A stretch of 55,473 nucleotides of DNA, from the NCBI GenBank assembly GCA_007376535.1, contig VMGK01000001.1, forward strand, positions 1 to 55,473, given 5' to 3'. The notes under the pieces were generated by a model. That model was not told the DNA's origin, made no database searches, and saw only the letters and a program-made list of their open reading frames with translations. Both the position numbers and the translations under genes were made by a program. Shown here in pieces: positions 20,086-30,489 of the stretch (positions are counted from its first letter, which is position 1; every line of letters starts with the position of its first letter). Source of the DNA: Candidatus Berkelbacteria bacterium Licking1014_7. GTDB taxonomy: Bacteria; Patescibacteriota; UBA1384; GWA2-35-9; CG2-30-39-44.

Positions 20086-20583
20086 TTATGATTGCTGGCA
20101 TAACCCCGCTAGCGCCTGGCCAAACTGACGGCTGGAATCTGGTCCATCCGCAGTGACAATATGGCCGTCTGTCACCACTGGTTCATTCTGCCAGAGCGCC
20201 CCAGATTTCAAAAGCGTCTCTTTCATTCCCTGCCAACTGGTGGCTTTTTTGCCAACTAAAATTCCCCCGTTGGCTAAAATTCCGGGCGCGGCGCAAATAG
20301 CGCCTACGATTTTATCAGCATCAAAAAATTTACGCGCCAGCGCCTTAGATTCTTGGTTATTCACTAATGGCACGGTTCCCGGTCCGCCAATAAACGCCAC
20401 CCCAATATAGTCATGAACATCAACCGCGCTAACCAATTTTTCTGCCTGAACTTCTGCGCCGTCCGCACCCATGATTATCCCGGTTTTGAGCGAAGCAATT
20501 TCACAAAAAATTCCCTTGCCTTGTAAAATATCCCGTGGTGTCAACAGTTCTTCATCTTTAAAACCCTGCGGCGGCACTACCAA
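20086..20583 (-). CDS. DJ-1/PfpI family protein
   Basis: F.DEE...P, FIGGPG, GAICAAPGILA..GIL.GKKAT, VV.DG.IVTADGP. Confidence 0.92.
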   Translation of the reverse strand: MVVPPQGFKDEELLTPRDILQGKGIFCEIASLKTGIIMGADGAEVQAEKLVSAVDVHDYIGVAFIGGPGTVPLVNNQESKALARKFFDADKIVGAICAAPGILANGGILVGKKATSWQGMKETLLKSGALWQNEPVVTDGHIVTADGPDSSRQFGQALAGLCQQS

Positions 20584-20729
20584 TAAAAATTTAGTTATTT
20601 TGATTTTTTCCTTTCCTTCGACTCATTGCATTCGCTCAGAGCATTCGCCTCGTCACTTGGATATGTTTTTTGACGAACAATATGCCAAAAACAAGAATGG
20701 CCTGCCGTGAGCGAGCGAAGCGAGTCGAA

Positions 20730-20796
<67 letters not shown>

Positions 20797-20819
<23 letters not shown>

Positions 20820-21222
20820 ACAATTGGTTTATCATTTTTTGTAATTTTAGAAAATCATTCTTGTGTGTATATCTTAATTTAAATGTTCCCATAGGATTTG
20901 GCTTGAATTTCCCTGTCTTTTGTTTTAAACAGATGCTTTTTTGAAATTGAGAGATTGGAATATTCGAAATATTTGACCATTGCTTGATTAAATTATGTTC
21001 ATTTAAATCTGGATAAAAAAATAGTTGCCCCCTGATTCTACTCCAATCAGCACAAATAATTTTTTCTAAGAAAAGACTAAAAGATTTAATAATGAAAGGA
21101 TTGGAATTTGTAATTTCAATCGAGTATATATAACCATTTTCTCGACGAAAATCACGACGCATCTTTGTTCCTTCGCATACATATAATGAAGATCCTAATA
21201 TAGTTAATTCTTTGTCCGTCAT
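20797..21222 (-). CDS. LAGLIDADG-like homing-endonuclease-related protein overlapping the tRNA 5' end
   Basis: LGSSLYVCEGTK...IEITNSNP.IIK.F..FL...WS.....P..QF.K pattern; stop codon lies inside tRNA-Ser. Confidence 0.55.
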
Positions 21223-21556
21223 ATAACGCTATTATAGCGCGTTTTATGTCGAATATACAAACATTTTTCAAAGTTACTATGCGACCCCACCACTCAACCC
21301 CTTACCCAACAAACAATAAAGGATCTTTAAACCGCTCCGCCAGTGGCGGATTCAAACATTCCACATCAATTCTCATTGCTTGCCCTATTATAACTTTTCT
21401 GCTACAACTAAATCAAGAGACAGATTTTTAACTCCTGCCTGCCGCAGGCAAACAAATTAAAAATTTCTTAATTGCCTGCCCCGTAATTCGCCTCAGGCGG
21501 GTGTTCGAGGTAATTTACATTCTTATTTCTTCATTCTTAATTTTAATTTAACTTCC

Positions 21557-23194
21557 ATGACTGACCTCGATCTCATCAAACAAAAAATAGATCTGATTGA
21601 CTTTATCGGACAATATTTAGAATTAAAAAAAGCCGGCGCCAACTACAAAGCCCTTTGTCCGTTTCACAGCGAAAAAACCCCTTCTTTTATGGTTTCAGCA
21701 GAAAAACAAATTTGGCGATGTTTTGGCTGTAACATTGGTGGCGACGCCATCACTTTTTTGATGAAATATGAAAACTTGGAATTTTATGACGCGTTAAAAA
21801 TTTTAGCGCAGAAAACCGGCGTGGCGCTTAAAACAAAATCAGGCGAAAGTTCATTGGCGCAAAAACCAGACGGGAAAATCAAACTTTATAAAATTAATGA
21901 ACTCGCCAGCCGCGCCTTCCACCAAATTTTGCTCAAACATTCTTCAGCCAAAATCGCGCGCGATTATCTTAAAAAACGCGGTCTAACAGATCAAACCATT
22001 CAAAATTTTCAACTCGGCTTTGCCCCGAAAAATCGCGCCTGGCTCACCAAACTTTTAATCCAACGGGGTTTTACTGATTCGGAAATTGCCACTGCCGGCG
22101 CCCCGCAAAAATTTTTCAATCGCATTATTTTCCCCATTACCGACATTCTGGGCAACACGGTCGGCTTTACCGGACGGGCGCTCACTAACAAAATGATGCC
22201 CAAATATCTCAACACACAGGAGACAGCGATTTTCTACAAATCAAAAATTCTCTACGGCTACCATGAAGCGCGCCAAGCGATCAAAGAAAAAAAGGTGGCG
22301 ATTTTAGTCGAGGGACAAATGGATGTGATTATGAGCCACCAAGCCGGAGTAAAAAACATTATTGCCTCTTCTGGCACCGCGTTGACCACTGAACATCTCA
22401 AAATTCTCTCCCGCATCGCGCCCAATATCATTTTAGCCTTTGACGCGGACCAAGCCGGCAAAAAAGCCAGCCGACAAGTATTGGCGCTGAGCCAAAATTT
22501 TGATTTTAATATCAAACTTATCCGCTACCCCAAGGGCGTCAAAGATCCGGGCGAGTTATCAAAAAATCCGGAAAATTGGCGCAAAATCCTGAAAAACAGC
22601 CGCTATTTTGTTGAATGGCTTTTGGAGACCAACTTAGAAAAAATTAAAGGCGACCCGACCATCGCGCAAAAAAAAGAAATCTTTCGCCAAATTTTGCCTG
22701 AACTCAAAATTATCCAAAACCCGATTGAAAAAAATCACTGGATTCACTTTCTATCAATTAAACTCCAAATACCAGAGGAGACAATCGCTTTGGCGCTGGA
22801 AAAATTAGCCGCACAGCCCTTGAGACGCGCTCAATCGCAAATTAAAACCCCAAGCGAAACAACCACAAAATCAGCCAGTAGTATTGATCTTTTAACCGGC
22901 ATTTTTCTAAAAATTCCCCGCCTCGCCAAAAAATACCCGGCGCTTTACAACAAACTTATTCAGGGCTATAATAAAGAGGGTTTAGCCCAATTAGAATTTT
23001 TGGTTGAAAAAAATTACGAGGGATTTGCCGACGACGACTTGGAAAAAGAAGCGGAAAGTTTAATCAGCCGACTAAAAATCAAGAAGCAAGAAAAGATAAA
23101 GTCCGACTTTGCCAATCAAATCGCCGCAGCGGAAAATCAGGGCGATCGTAAATTAGTCAAAAATCTGCTCAAAAAATTGCAGAAGAAATTGTGA
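21557..23194 (+). CDS. dnaG: DNA primase
   Basis: CHC2 zinc finger CPFHSEKTPSF..CFGC, RIIFPI, GFTGR, PKYLN, VEGQMDV, FDADQAG, KDP. Confidence 0.96.
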   Translation: MTDLDLIKQKIDLIDFIGQYLELKKAGANYKALCPFHSEKTPSFMVSAEKQIWRCFGCNIGGDAITFLMKYENLEFYDALKILAQKTGVALKTKSGESSLAQKPDGKIKLYKINELASRAFHQILLKHSSAKIARDYLKKRGLTDQTIQNFQLGFAPKNRAWLTKLLIQRGFTDSEIATAGAPQKFFNRIIFPITDILGNTVGFTGRALTNKMMPKYLNTQETAIFYKSKILYGYHEARQAIKEKKVAILVEGQMDVIMSHQAGVKNIIASSGTALTTEHLKILSRIAPNIILAFDADQAGKKASRQVLALSQNFDFNIKLIRYPKGVKDPGELSKNPENWRKILKNSRYFVEWLLETNLEKIKGDPTIAQKKEIFRQILPELKIIQNPIEKNHWIHFLSIKLQIPEETIALALEKLAAQPLRRAQSQIKTPSETTTKSASSIDLLTGIFLKIPRLAKKYPALYNKLIQGYNKEGLAQLEFLVEKNYEGFADDDLEKEAESLISRLKIKKQEKIKSDFANQIAAAENQGDRKLVKNLLKKLQKKL

Positions 23195-23202
23195 GCCCAA
23201 TG

Positions 23203-23237
23203 TGATGAATGATGAATGATGAATGATGAATGATGAA
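23203..23237. repeat. Heptamer tandem repeat (tgatgaa)x5
   Basis: Read directly, between dnaG and rpoD. Confidence 0.9.
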
Positions 23238-23363
23238 CTTCAAATCAAATTTAAATAATAAAATGCACGACTTAGGCAAAATTACCTTATGTTATATTTT
23301 CTTGGAATTTTAGTCATTGGGATTTGATTAGAAATTAGGAATTAAAAATTAGAAATTAATTTT

Positions 23364-24455
23364 ATGTTGTCTCCCCAAAATTTTAAAAATGTCCGCGTGC
23401 CGGAGACGGCGCGCCAATTAGTGGAAAAAGGCAAGAAAATCGGTTTTGTCACCTTTCGGGAAATTCTGCAAGTCGTGCCCAAACCCTACCAAAATACCGC
23501 TTTGGCGGACGCGATTTATGACGAACTTTTGGATCAGGGTATTGATGTGCGCGAAGGGACAAAACTTTTTCAAGATCAGACCCAGGAAGAATTAGACGCT
23601 GAACTTAAAGATCTGGATTTGTCAAATATCGCAGACGACTCAGTGCGTATGTATCTGCGCGAAATCGGCAGAATTCCGCTGATTACCGGAGAGCAAGAAG
23701 TGGCATTGTCAAAAAGAATTGAACATCGCGACCTTTTGGCAAAAAAACAATTAGCCGAAGCCAACCTCCGTTTAGTTGTCTCAATCGCCAAAAAGTATAT
23801 TGGACGCGGATTAACGTTTTTAGACCTGATTCAAGAAGGAAACACCGGACTGCTGAGAGCGGTGGAAAAATTTGACTATAAACGGGGCTATAAATTTTCC
23901 ACTTACGCCACTTGGTGGATTAGACAAGCCATCACCCGAGCCATCGCTGATCAGGCGCGCACCATTCGTATTCCGGTGCATATGATTGAAACCATCAATA
24001 AACTCATTCGCACCCAAAGACAATTAGTGCAGGATTTGGGACGAGAGCCCACGCCAGAAGAAATCGCCAATGAAATGCAACTGCCCAAAAATAAAGTTGA
24101 ACACATTATTAAAATTTCCCAAGAGACCGTCTCGCTTGAATCGCCAGTCGGCGAAGAGGACGACTCGCGCTTGGGCGATTTTATTGAAGATAAAATTTCT
24201 CTCTCCCCCCAAGAAGTGGCGATCTACCAACTGCTCAAAGGTCATATTTCCGAATATCTGCATCTTTTGAATGCCCGCGAGCAAAAAATTTTGAAAATGC
24301 GTTTTGGCTTAGAAAATTATCGCACCCATACTTTGGAAGAAGTGGGAGTGGAATTTGGCGTCACGCGCGAAAGAATTCGCCAGATTGAAGCCAAAGCGTT
24401 AGAGCGGCTCAAAGACCATGTTGAAAGCAAAAAGTTGAAGGATTATCTTAAGTAA
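23364..24455 (+). CDS. rpoD: Primary RNA polymerase sigma factor
   Basis: [73 protein letters not shown]. Confidence 0.97.
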   Translation: MLSPQNFKNVRVPETARQLVEKGKKIGFVTFREILQVVPKPYQNTALADAIYDELLDQGIDVREGTKLFQDQTQEELDAELKDLDLSNIADDSVRMYLREIGRIPLITGEQEVALSKRIEHRDLLAKKQLAEANLRLVVSIAKKYIGRGLTFLDLIQEGNTGLLRAVEKFDYKRGYKFSTYATWWIRQAITRAIADQARTIRIPVHMIETINKLIRTQRQLVQDLGREPTPEEIANEMQLPKNKVEHIIKISQETVSLESPVGEEDDSRLGDFIEDKISLSPQEVAIYQLLKGHISEYLHLLNAREQKILKMRFGLENYRTHTLEEVGVEFGVTRERIRQIEAKALERLKDHVESKKLKDYLK

Positions 24456-24507
24456 TTTCTAATTAATAAACCCTAAGTCCTAAATCTTAAACTCTAAACA
24501 ATATTCA

Positions 24508-24879
24508 ATGGCTCAAATACAAAACTCTAAACATTATGACCTAGAGGATAGGACTTATAAATTTGCCAAAGAGTGCCGTGATTTATCATTGAAAATCTCA
24601 AAAAATTTTGCCTCACTTGAATACGCAAGACAATTAATTAGATCTTCAAGCTCAACTGCTGCAAACTACATTGAAGCAAACGAAGCTATCAGCAGAAAGG
24701 ATTTTGTTCATCGGATTAAAATTTGCCGCAAGGAAGCAAGAGAATCAAAATTATGGCTAAATTTAATATCTATTAAGCCTGATAGCGGTTTTACCTCAAA
24801 GCAAAATGGTCTTGTACAGGAATCCATTGAATTACAAAAAATATTCGGCGCAATTATTGAAAAATGCAAAAAGGACTAA
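24508..24879 (+). CDS. Four helix bundle protein
   Basis: YDLEDRT..F, QLIRSSSSTAANYIEA.EA.S.KDF...IKICRKEARES..WL. Confidence 0.92.
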   Translation: MAQIQNSKHYDLEDRTYKFAKECRDLSLKISKNFASLEYARQLIRSSSSTAANYIEANEAISRKDFVHRIKICRKEARESKLWLNLISIKPDSGFTSKQNGLVQESIELQKIFGAIIEKCKKD

Positions 24880-25010
24880 TACTTTAGTTTAAATTTTTGA
24901 ATTTATTATTTGTTTAGAACTTAGGATTTAGGGTTTAAAACTTGAGCAGTTGTTGGTGCTTAATTAGGAATTAGAAATTAGGTTAATTAGTAATTTAAAC
25001 TGATAAAGGC

Positions 25011-25039
25011 TTGACTTTATCAGTTTTTTATGGTATATT
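25011..25039 (+). promoter_or_regulatory. Sigma70-type promoter
   Basis: TTGACT-N17-TATATT with TG extended -10. Confidence 0.65.
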
Positions 25040-25219
25040 TGGTTCTTATCTCTTGCCTCATATTTGAGGCACCTGAAGTCCCTTGACAATCAGGGTTTAT
25101 CCTCCGAAGCCTGTAGGTGAAGGACGGATTGAGCCGCGAGGTTCCCCTGTTTCAGTTTTGCTCCTTGGCAAATCCCAAACGCCAAGTTGAGCCCAGCTCG
25201 CAACTTTAGGAGGTGTAAA

Positions 25220-26269
25220 ATGCGAGAAGTGTTCCGTTTACCGTTTGTTGTTTCGCTGGCGCTTTGCGCCTGCTCGTCAGTTTCGGCTGGCGAACGAAGC
25301 GAACTAAGGGTCGACATCTCCCTCTGTCCTTACGAGGTTTACAAGGGAGAAAAGTCACCTGATAATCGGGTACGCTACTACAAAGTAGCGGGGCGACAGG
25401 AGCCCGTCTTTTGGGATCCTGTTTTCCCAATTGTAGTAGGCGACTTCGTTGAAGTTCGGGTATTGCCCGACAAAACGGAGCGTGAGTTGGCGATCGTCGA
25501 TATAGCTCTTGATGAAGGAGCCATCAGGCGATTCCGCCCAACCCCTGTCGTCAACCCCGTGGTGGACGCTCCACCATGGGAAATCACTTTCTCAACCGCT
25601 GGCCTAAAAGAGGGTTGGCACAAGGTTGGTGTTTTCTGCCAGCAACGTAGCAACAACGCGTTGCGAGCAAGTGCGCCTATGAAATTCCTTCTTGTCCGGA
25701 CACTAGAGGACAAGGCAAGCGTCGCGCGTATCGCGGTGCTGGAAAAACTCGCCAGCGAGCTCGTTCGGCAAAGTGCCGAGCAAAAGACCGCCTATGGGGT
25801 GGAAACAGCTCGGCTGGCTGACGAGCAGGCCGCAAAAGTGGCGCGATGGCAGGAAGCCAGCGCCCTCGCCGAGCCCATTGCGGTCGGCGAAGAGGTCGCT
25901 ACCACTCTCCAACCCGGGGAAGGTGGCTGGCGGCTCGAAGGGGCATTTACGGCAGGCGGAGGGGTTTCGTACTCCAGCCCGCCAGCGGAACTTCGCACGG
26001 GAATCCCAACCGCCCCCCGGCGAAAGGTCACTCTCCAAAGCATCGGGGAGTTGACGATTTTGACTCCGGGACGCCAGACGGTGCGTGTTGACTACGAGGT
26101 AGCGGACGGTCGCAAGCTGTCCAAAACCTTTGTGGTCAACCGGAAGCTGACGCTTCAGGGCGTCAGCGTTCCCCTAACCGTCACCGCAACTCTCGGGAAT
26201 GTTCGGGTGACCCGAGAGTTGATTCTCCAGAACCCGATCGCGGTCATAGACTTCAAGGAGGTGAAATAA
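25220..26269 (+). CDS. GC-rich exported hypothetical protein
   Basis: SD aggaggtg before ATG 25220; signal-like [13 protein letters not shown]; overlaps next start (taatg). Confidence 0.75.
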   Translation: MREVFRLPFVVSLALCACSSVSAGERSELRVDISLCPYEVYKGEKSPDNRVRYYKVAGRQEPVFWDPVFPIVVGDFVEVRVLPDKTERELAIVDIALDEGAIRRFRPTPVVNPVVDAPPWEITFSTAGLKEGWHKVGVFCQQRSNNALRASAPMKFLLVRTLEDKASVARIAVLEKLASELVRQSAEQKTAYGVETARLADEQAAKVARWQEASALAEPIAVGEEVATTLQPGEGGWRLEGAFTAGGGVSYSSPPAELRTGIPTAPRRKVTLQSIGELTILTPGRQTVRVDYEVADGRKLSKTFVVNRKLTLQGVSVPLTVTATLGNVRVTRELILQNPIAVIDFKEVK

Positions 26270-27336
26270 TGACCGTAACAATCCTCGTTCTGTCCTTAGT
26301 CGCTCTCGCCCCGATCTTTGGGGCAGAGCTCCCACTTTCGACCACGATCGAAAACCTCGCGAAGCACGATCTGATCGTGTACAGCGAGACTTCGACTGCC
26401 GGGGAGCAGGTTAATTGGGTTAAGCCGGGTCAAGCCGGCAACCTGCTTTTTCGCGACTCTCGGGGAGTGTTGCGAGTGCGCGAGTGCGGAAACCGGATCC
26501 GCACCATCCGCATCGATGAGCACCGCGCGCCCGGACCTAAGGAAATTCCAGGTCCCCAGGGACCGCGCGGGCAAAAGGGCAAGCCCGGCCCGCGCGGGAA
26601 CGAAGGTCCGCAAGGACCCGAGGGCCCAATCGGCCTTCCCGGAGAACCCGGTGCGCAAGGCGTGCCCGGAACACCGGCAGACATTGGGCCGATGTTGACC
26701 GCGATTGCCCAGCTCATCGAGCTGGAAAAGTCGCGATCGCATGAGGGGATCATTCCGGGGGTGTACGCCGTACGCGACACCCCCCAGGCGCCGAAGTATA
26801 CCTACGAGTCGCGAAAATGGTGGGAAGCTGTCCTGCCTTCCGCGATATCGGGGTACTTCTTCAGCCGGGGTATGAGAAACCTCCGCCCCAGCCAAACCCA
26901 GATCGCCCAAACCCAAACGGGTGGCGGCGCCAAGATCGGTGACTCCACGCTCAGAGTCACAATTGGCGCCGTCACCGCCGGTGGCGCGACCATCGCTCCC
27001 GGAGCGGTGGTCGCCGAAGGCGGCGCCGGAGGTCTCGGTGGCGAAGGCGGGCTCGGCGGTGCCGGAGGTGCCGGAGGGCTTGGCGGCTTGGGCGGTCAGG
27101 GCGGCAATGCCGCTCCAGTGACCGTAACCGCCACTGGCGGCGCGGGTGGACTTGGCGGCACAGGAGGCGCAGGCGGTAACGCCGCTCCCGTGACCGTAAC
27201 CGCCACCGGCGGTGCCGGTTACGGCGCCGCTGCCGCTGCCGCAGCCGTAGCCGCGGCAGCGGTCACCCCGACCTCCGGGGCGGCAGCTAACAACGGCAGT
27301 TCCGCCTCCGCTGGCGGAGCTGCCGGTCCTAAGTAA
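26269..27336 (+). CDS. GC-rich exported collagen-like / Gly-Ala-rich protein
   Basis: Signal peptide; about 14 consecutive G-X-Y triplets ([15 protein letters not shown]...GTP); GGxGGx tail; SD aaggaggtg. Confidence 0.8.
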   Translation: MTVTILVLSLVALAPIFGAELPLSTTIENLAKHDLIVYSETSTAGEQVNWVKPGQAGNLLFRDSRGVLRVRECGNRIRTIRIDEHRAPGPKEIPGPQGPRGQKGKPGPRGNEGPQGPEGPIGLPGEPGAQGVPGTPADIGPMLTAIAQLIELEKSRSHEGIIPGVYAVRDTPQAPKYTYESRKWWEAVLPSAISGYFFSRGMRNLRPSQTQIAQTQTGGGAKIGDSTLRVTIGAVTAGGATIAPGAVVAEGGAGGLGGEGGLGGAGGAGGLGGLGGQGGNAAPVTVTATGGAGGLGGTGGAGGNAAPVTVTATGGAGYGAAAAAAAVAAAAVTPTSGAAANNGSSASAGGAAGPK

Positions 27337-27555
27337 CCCCTCTGGCAGGGCGCCTTAGCCGCCCTGCCTGTACCACTGTTCACTAAGGGCGACCCGCAAG
27401 GGTCGCCCTTACCCATATCCAAAACCAAAACTGCCCAATGCAGCACCCAAGCCCAAAAAGCACACTTACGAAGTGTACTTTTTTACAGGTTCAGCAAAGT
27501 TCCGCGCTTCATCTCGAGAGACACGAGTCAGGGCTACCGTTCACTCGCCCCTCAC

Positions 27556-27583
27556 CAGACCCTTGGTGGGGGGCGCTTTTTTT
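27556..27583 (+). terminator. Intrinsic terminator
   Basis: cgcccctcacca...tggtgggggcg followed by T-run. Confidence 0.7.
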
Positions 27584-27746
27584 ATTCAAACCCATTTTTG
27601 CAAGCCCGACGGGCTTGCAAAAATATCCAAAATTACCTTCCTTTTAACCAAACAATCTCGGACTTTTTTCTAAAATTGTAATGTTTTTAAGGATCTTTTG
27701 AATTTTTTTTGGGGGAAACTTCTTTAGTTTTTTTACTGCGCGCCTG

Positions 27747-27944
27747 TCAATTTTTACCTGATAGTCCATCTTTTAGGCCTTCAAAACCGACAAAATCTCG
27801 TTTAGATGATTTTATTTTTTGGGACAAAATACGACTATCAACCAAATCTTCTAGATCATCAAGATTGAGAGCACAGATAACCGCCTCTATCTTTTTAAGC
27901 CTGGCGTCAACCTCTCTAATTGTAGGATGTGTTCTGATTCTCAT
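27747..27944 (-). CDS. Small hypothetical protein
   Basis: 65-aa ORF with ATG directly after a TATAAT-like box; no recognised motif. Confidence 0.35.
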   Translation of the reverse strand: MRIRTHPTIREVDARLKKIEAVICALNLDDLEDLVDSRILSQKIKSSKRDFVGFEGLKDGLSGKN

Positions 27945-28064
27945 AATTATATTTTACCAAACCTTGGGATGTATTTCAAATCCTATAGCTAAATTTCCCA
28001 ATACTTCCGCCATAAATTCTAATTGCGCATTACTCAATTTTGCAAATTTTCTCATAACAACCAT

Positions 28065-28466
28065 TTAGAAATCTATCAATTCTGCAACAAAATCAAAAAC
28101 TCTCCGAGCATTATTGTACGCCTGCTTGGCTTGCTTCAGGGTAATTTCAGATTGTTTTATTCCGGGATACCGCGACCCGACATAATAATCAGTTAGGACA
28201 AAAATTTCTTTTTTAACCAGCGTAATGTCCGACCCCGTTTTATTCGCCAGTTGATAAAGTTTCGTTAAATCGTGTTCTTTGGGGTATGAATTGGCACTAT
28301 AAAGCAACAACGCTTTTAATATTTTCTCTACTGCTTGCTGGCAATGAAAACCGGCAGCCCAGCCCGGCGCCTTTGCCGTCAATATTGCTTCAGCGGCAAT
28401 TAAATCGCCTTCTGCTTTTGCAATCCATTCTTTAATTTCTTCCTGATAATGATGGGTTTTTCTCAT
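28065..28466 (-). CDS. HEPN domain protein (partner of MNT)
   Basis: W..KA..DL..A, FHCQQAVEK.LKA.L, HDL..L, RYP. Confidence 0.9.
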   Translation of the reverse strand: MRKTHHYQEEIKEWIAKAEGDLIAAEAILTAKAPGWAAGFHCQQAVEKILKALLLYSANSYPKEHDLTKLYQLANKTGSDITLVKKEIFVLTDYYVGSRYPGIKQSEITLKQAKQAYNNARRVFDFVAELIDF

Positions 28467-28770
28467 ATAATGTTTTACCTTTTGATAAAACTGTTTCTAT
28501 AAAATAATTTGGAGTTTGTAATTCTTGTGGCGTATAAACCATAATGTCAACTCCCCGCGAAGGGTAGTTGACAATTTTCTTTCTAACCGTGGTCATTCTG
28601 TCAAAAAATTTCTCTCTGGTATTTTTAATAATAAAAAGATCGTAATCGCTATTTTTGTTAGGCTTTCCCATAGTAAAAGAACCGAATAAAATAATCTTTT
28701 CGGGCTTATATCCTTTGACAATTTGATCGGTAATAGATTTGAGTTCTGGATTGACTTTGGGTGATTTCAT
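28432..28770 (-). CDS. Minimal nucleotidyltransferase (MNT)
   Basis: PEKIILFGS...G....SDYDLFII, VDIMVYTP.E, G..LYE. Confidence 0.9.
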   Translation of the reverse strand: MKSPKVNPELKSITDQIVKGYKPEKIILFGSFTMGKPNKNSDYDLFIIKNTREKFFDRMTTVRKKIVNYPSRGVDIMVYTPQELQTPNYFIETVLSKGKTLYEKNPSLSGRN

Positions 28771-28844
28771 ACTCTCACTATATCAAATCCTTGACTTTTG
28801 GTCAAGCAAAATTAATGTTTATGTCCGTTTCGGGTCTAAGGTAT

Positions 28845-28872
28845 TGACTTTTTCGACCGTATATGTTATAAT
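28845..28872 (+). promoter_or_regulatory. Sigma70-type promoter, divergent from MNT-HEPN
   Basis: TTGACT-N16-TATAAT with TG extended -10. Confidence 0.7.
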
Positions 28873-29130
28873 GCAACTCTTGACAATAAATAATCACTAA
28901 TCAAATCTCGAATTTAGTCACGAATAATCGCGAATAGTAAAAAGGATTTAGACGAATGGGTTGCGTTAAAGCAAGACATTCGTTTGAATCTTGACAATTG
29001 GTTTTTTTCCAACGGGCAGCTGCGCCCGATAAGCAGCGCCTTCAAGTGGAAATCGGCTATAAGCCAATCCCTTGGAGAAGAAAAGTCGGTAGGATTGAGA
29101 GCTCCTGCCGCCGCCACTGGAGGTGTCGTT

Positions 29131-29787
29131 ATGAAAACGCTCTCCGCCGCCTTCGTGGCGGCGGCATTTTCCCTCCTCCTTTCCGCGCCCTTGTGGGCGC
29201 AGGGACAGGAGTCGCCAGCAGACGAGGGCGAGGGTATTACGGAGGGCACGCCCGTGCCCGACCCAGACGCCCCAACCCTTCGGACCGTCGTCGACGAGGC
29301 ACAGCGCCTTGTAAACGACGCGATGAAGGGGGTTGTCCGGTCGGACAACCCACGACTGGCGGAGATTGAGCAACAGCTTCGGCTGTTGCAAAATCCGCCC
29401 AAGCCGTCTCGCCCGACCCGCCCCACAACCCGCGGGTCCCGACCCACGCCCAACGCCCCCGCCCCCAGTTCCCCCCAGTCCATCAACGGGCACATCGGGG
29501 ATCCTGGGCACGGCACGACCGAGCACCTCGTTTTAGAGGTGTGGGGCGTGTGCAGGCAACTGCGCGCGCTCCATGGAGGCGCTAAGGAAAGCAAGAACGA
29601 GCTCCTTGCGATCCGAAACCGCCTTGACCGAGTCGACCAGGCGCTCAAGAAGTTTGACGAGCGCCTGACTACCGAACAAGAGGAACGGCAAAGTGATGAT
29701 ACCACACTTGTCGTCCTCTTCCTGCTCCTCTTTGGAGCAGGAATGTTCTTCATCGGCATCACCCACACCCACCAACAAGGAGACTGA
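29131..29787 (+). CDS. GC-rich exported/membrane protein: signal peptide, Pro-rich linker, coiled coil, C-terminal TM
   Basis: SD ggaggtg before ATG 29131; MKTLSAAFVAAAFSLLLSAPLWA signal; LVVLFLLLFGAGMFFIGI. Confidence 0.78.
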   Translation: MKTLSAAFVAAAFSLLLSAPLWAQGQESPADEGEGITEGTPVPDPDAPTLRTVVDEAQRLVNDAMKGVVRSDNPRLAEIEQQLRLLQNPPKPSRPTRPTTRGSRPTPNAPAPSSPQSINGHIGDPGHGTTEHLVLEVWGVCRQLRALHGGAKESKNELLAIRNRLDRVDQALKKFDERLTTEQEERQSDDTTLVVLFLLLFGAGMFFIGITHTHQQGD

Positions 29788-29793
29788 AACAAC

Positions 29794-30408
29794 ATGGACA
29801 CAACCCTCGTCGTTATTCTCGTCGTCGCCTGCCTGTTGGCAGGCGCCGGGATCGGAGCATGGCTTGTATCGCTCCGTCCCCAGCCCGCGCCCCAACCCAA
29901 CAACGCAAACGCCCTCACCCCGACCGTCGGCGACCGGCTCGTCGCCGAGGCAGCCGGAACCAAAGCGGTCCGGCTTGCCCATGGCGCCCCCGCCCCGCCC
30001 AACGCGGGGGGGGAGTCCCTGGTAGAAGGCGGACTGTTCCGCCTCCTCCCCGGAGGAGGGTTTGAATGGCAGGAGTACAAACCTGCCAGGATCGAAGTCG
30101 AGTCCGCGGGCGAGCGGATCGATCGGCTGGAGCGAGACTTTCTCGCTACCCAGCCCCAACCCACCCCCGAGACCCAAGCCCCCGCCTCGACCGTCGTTAC
30201 GGTCGAGACAGCAGGCGCTCAAGCGGACTCCGCGTCCGCTTCGCTCGCCGAACAGACCGCCGCCATTGTGGCGGCGGTCAAGGAAGTGTTGGCCGCCGCC
30301 AACCCGGCGAGCACTACGCCCGCCCCCGCCACCGAACCCGCGCCGCCCCCACTCCTGACCATCGTCCCGGCTGGCACCGAGCCGGCCGAGGGTCCCGCGC
30401 CCACCTGA
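29794..30408 (+). CDS. GC-rich membrane-anchored Pro/Ala-rich protein
   Basis: SD aaggag; N-terminal TM; low-complexity tail. Confidence 0.75.
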   Translation: MDTTLVVILVVACLLAGAGIGAWLVSLRPQPAPQPNNANALTPTVGDRLVAEAAGTKAVRLAHGAPAPPNAGGESLVEGGLFRLLPGGGFEWQEYKPARIEVESAGERIDRLERDFLATQPQPTPETQAPASTVVTVETAGAQADSASASLAEQTAAIVAAVKEVLAAANPASTTPAPATEPAPPPLLTIVPAGTEPAEGPAPT

Positions 30409-30413
30409 CCAAT

Positions 30414-30464
30414 GAGCCCTGCTCGTCGTATGCCTAGCATACTGACGGGTGGGGCTTTTCTTTT
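30414..30464 (+). terminator. Intrinsic terminator
   Basis: gagccc..cgtc.gtatgc-cta-gcatac.gacg..gggct followed by ttttctttt. Confidence 0.7.
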
Positions 30465-30489
30465 ATCTAAAATCAAATATAATGAAAAT

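Noticed and set aside
21325-21352. Possible tRNA 5' half (ggcggagcggtttaa on minus strand) suggesting a split or intron tRNA
   Set aside because: Explained by the tccgcc-N3-ggcgga palindrome; no anticodon or T arm, and tRNA-Ser is already complete
27955-28063. Short minus-strand ORF MVVMRKFAKLSNAQLEFMAEVLGNLAIG...
   Set aside because: Only about 36 codons; may be a gene remnant but cannot be supported
28914-30222. Long antisense ORFs (416 aa, 229 aa) and similar shadow ORFs across the GC cassettes
   Set aside because: Expected from stop-codon scarcity in GC-rich DNA; the + strand ORFs have SD, signal peptides, promoter and terminator
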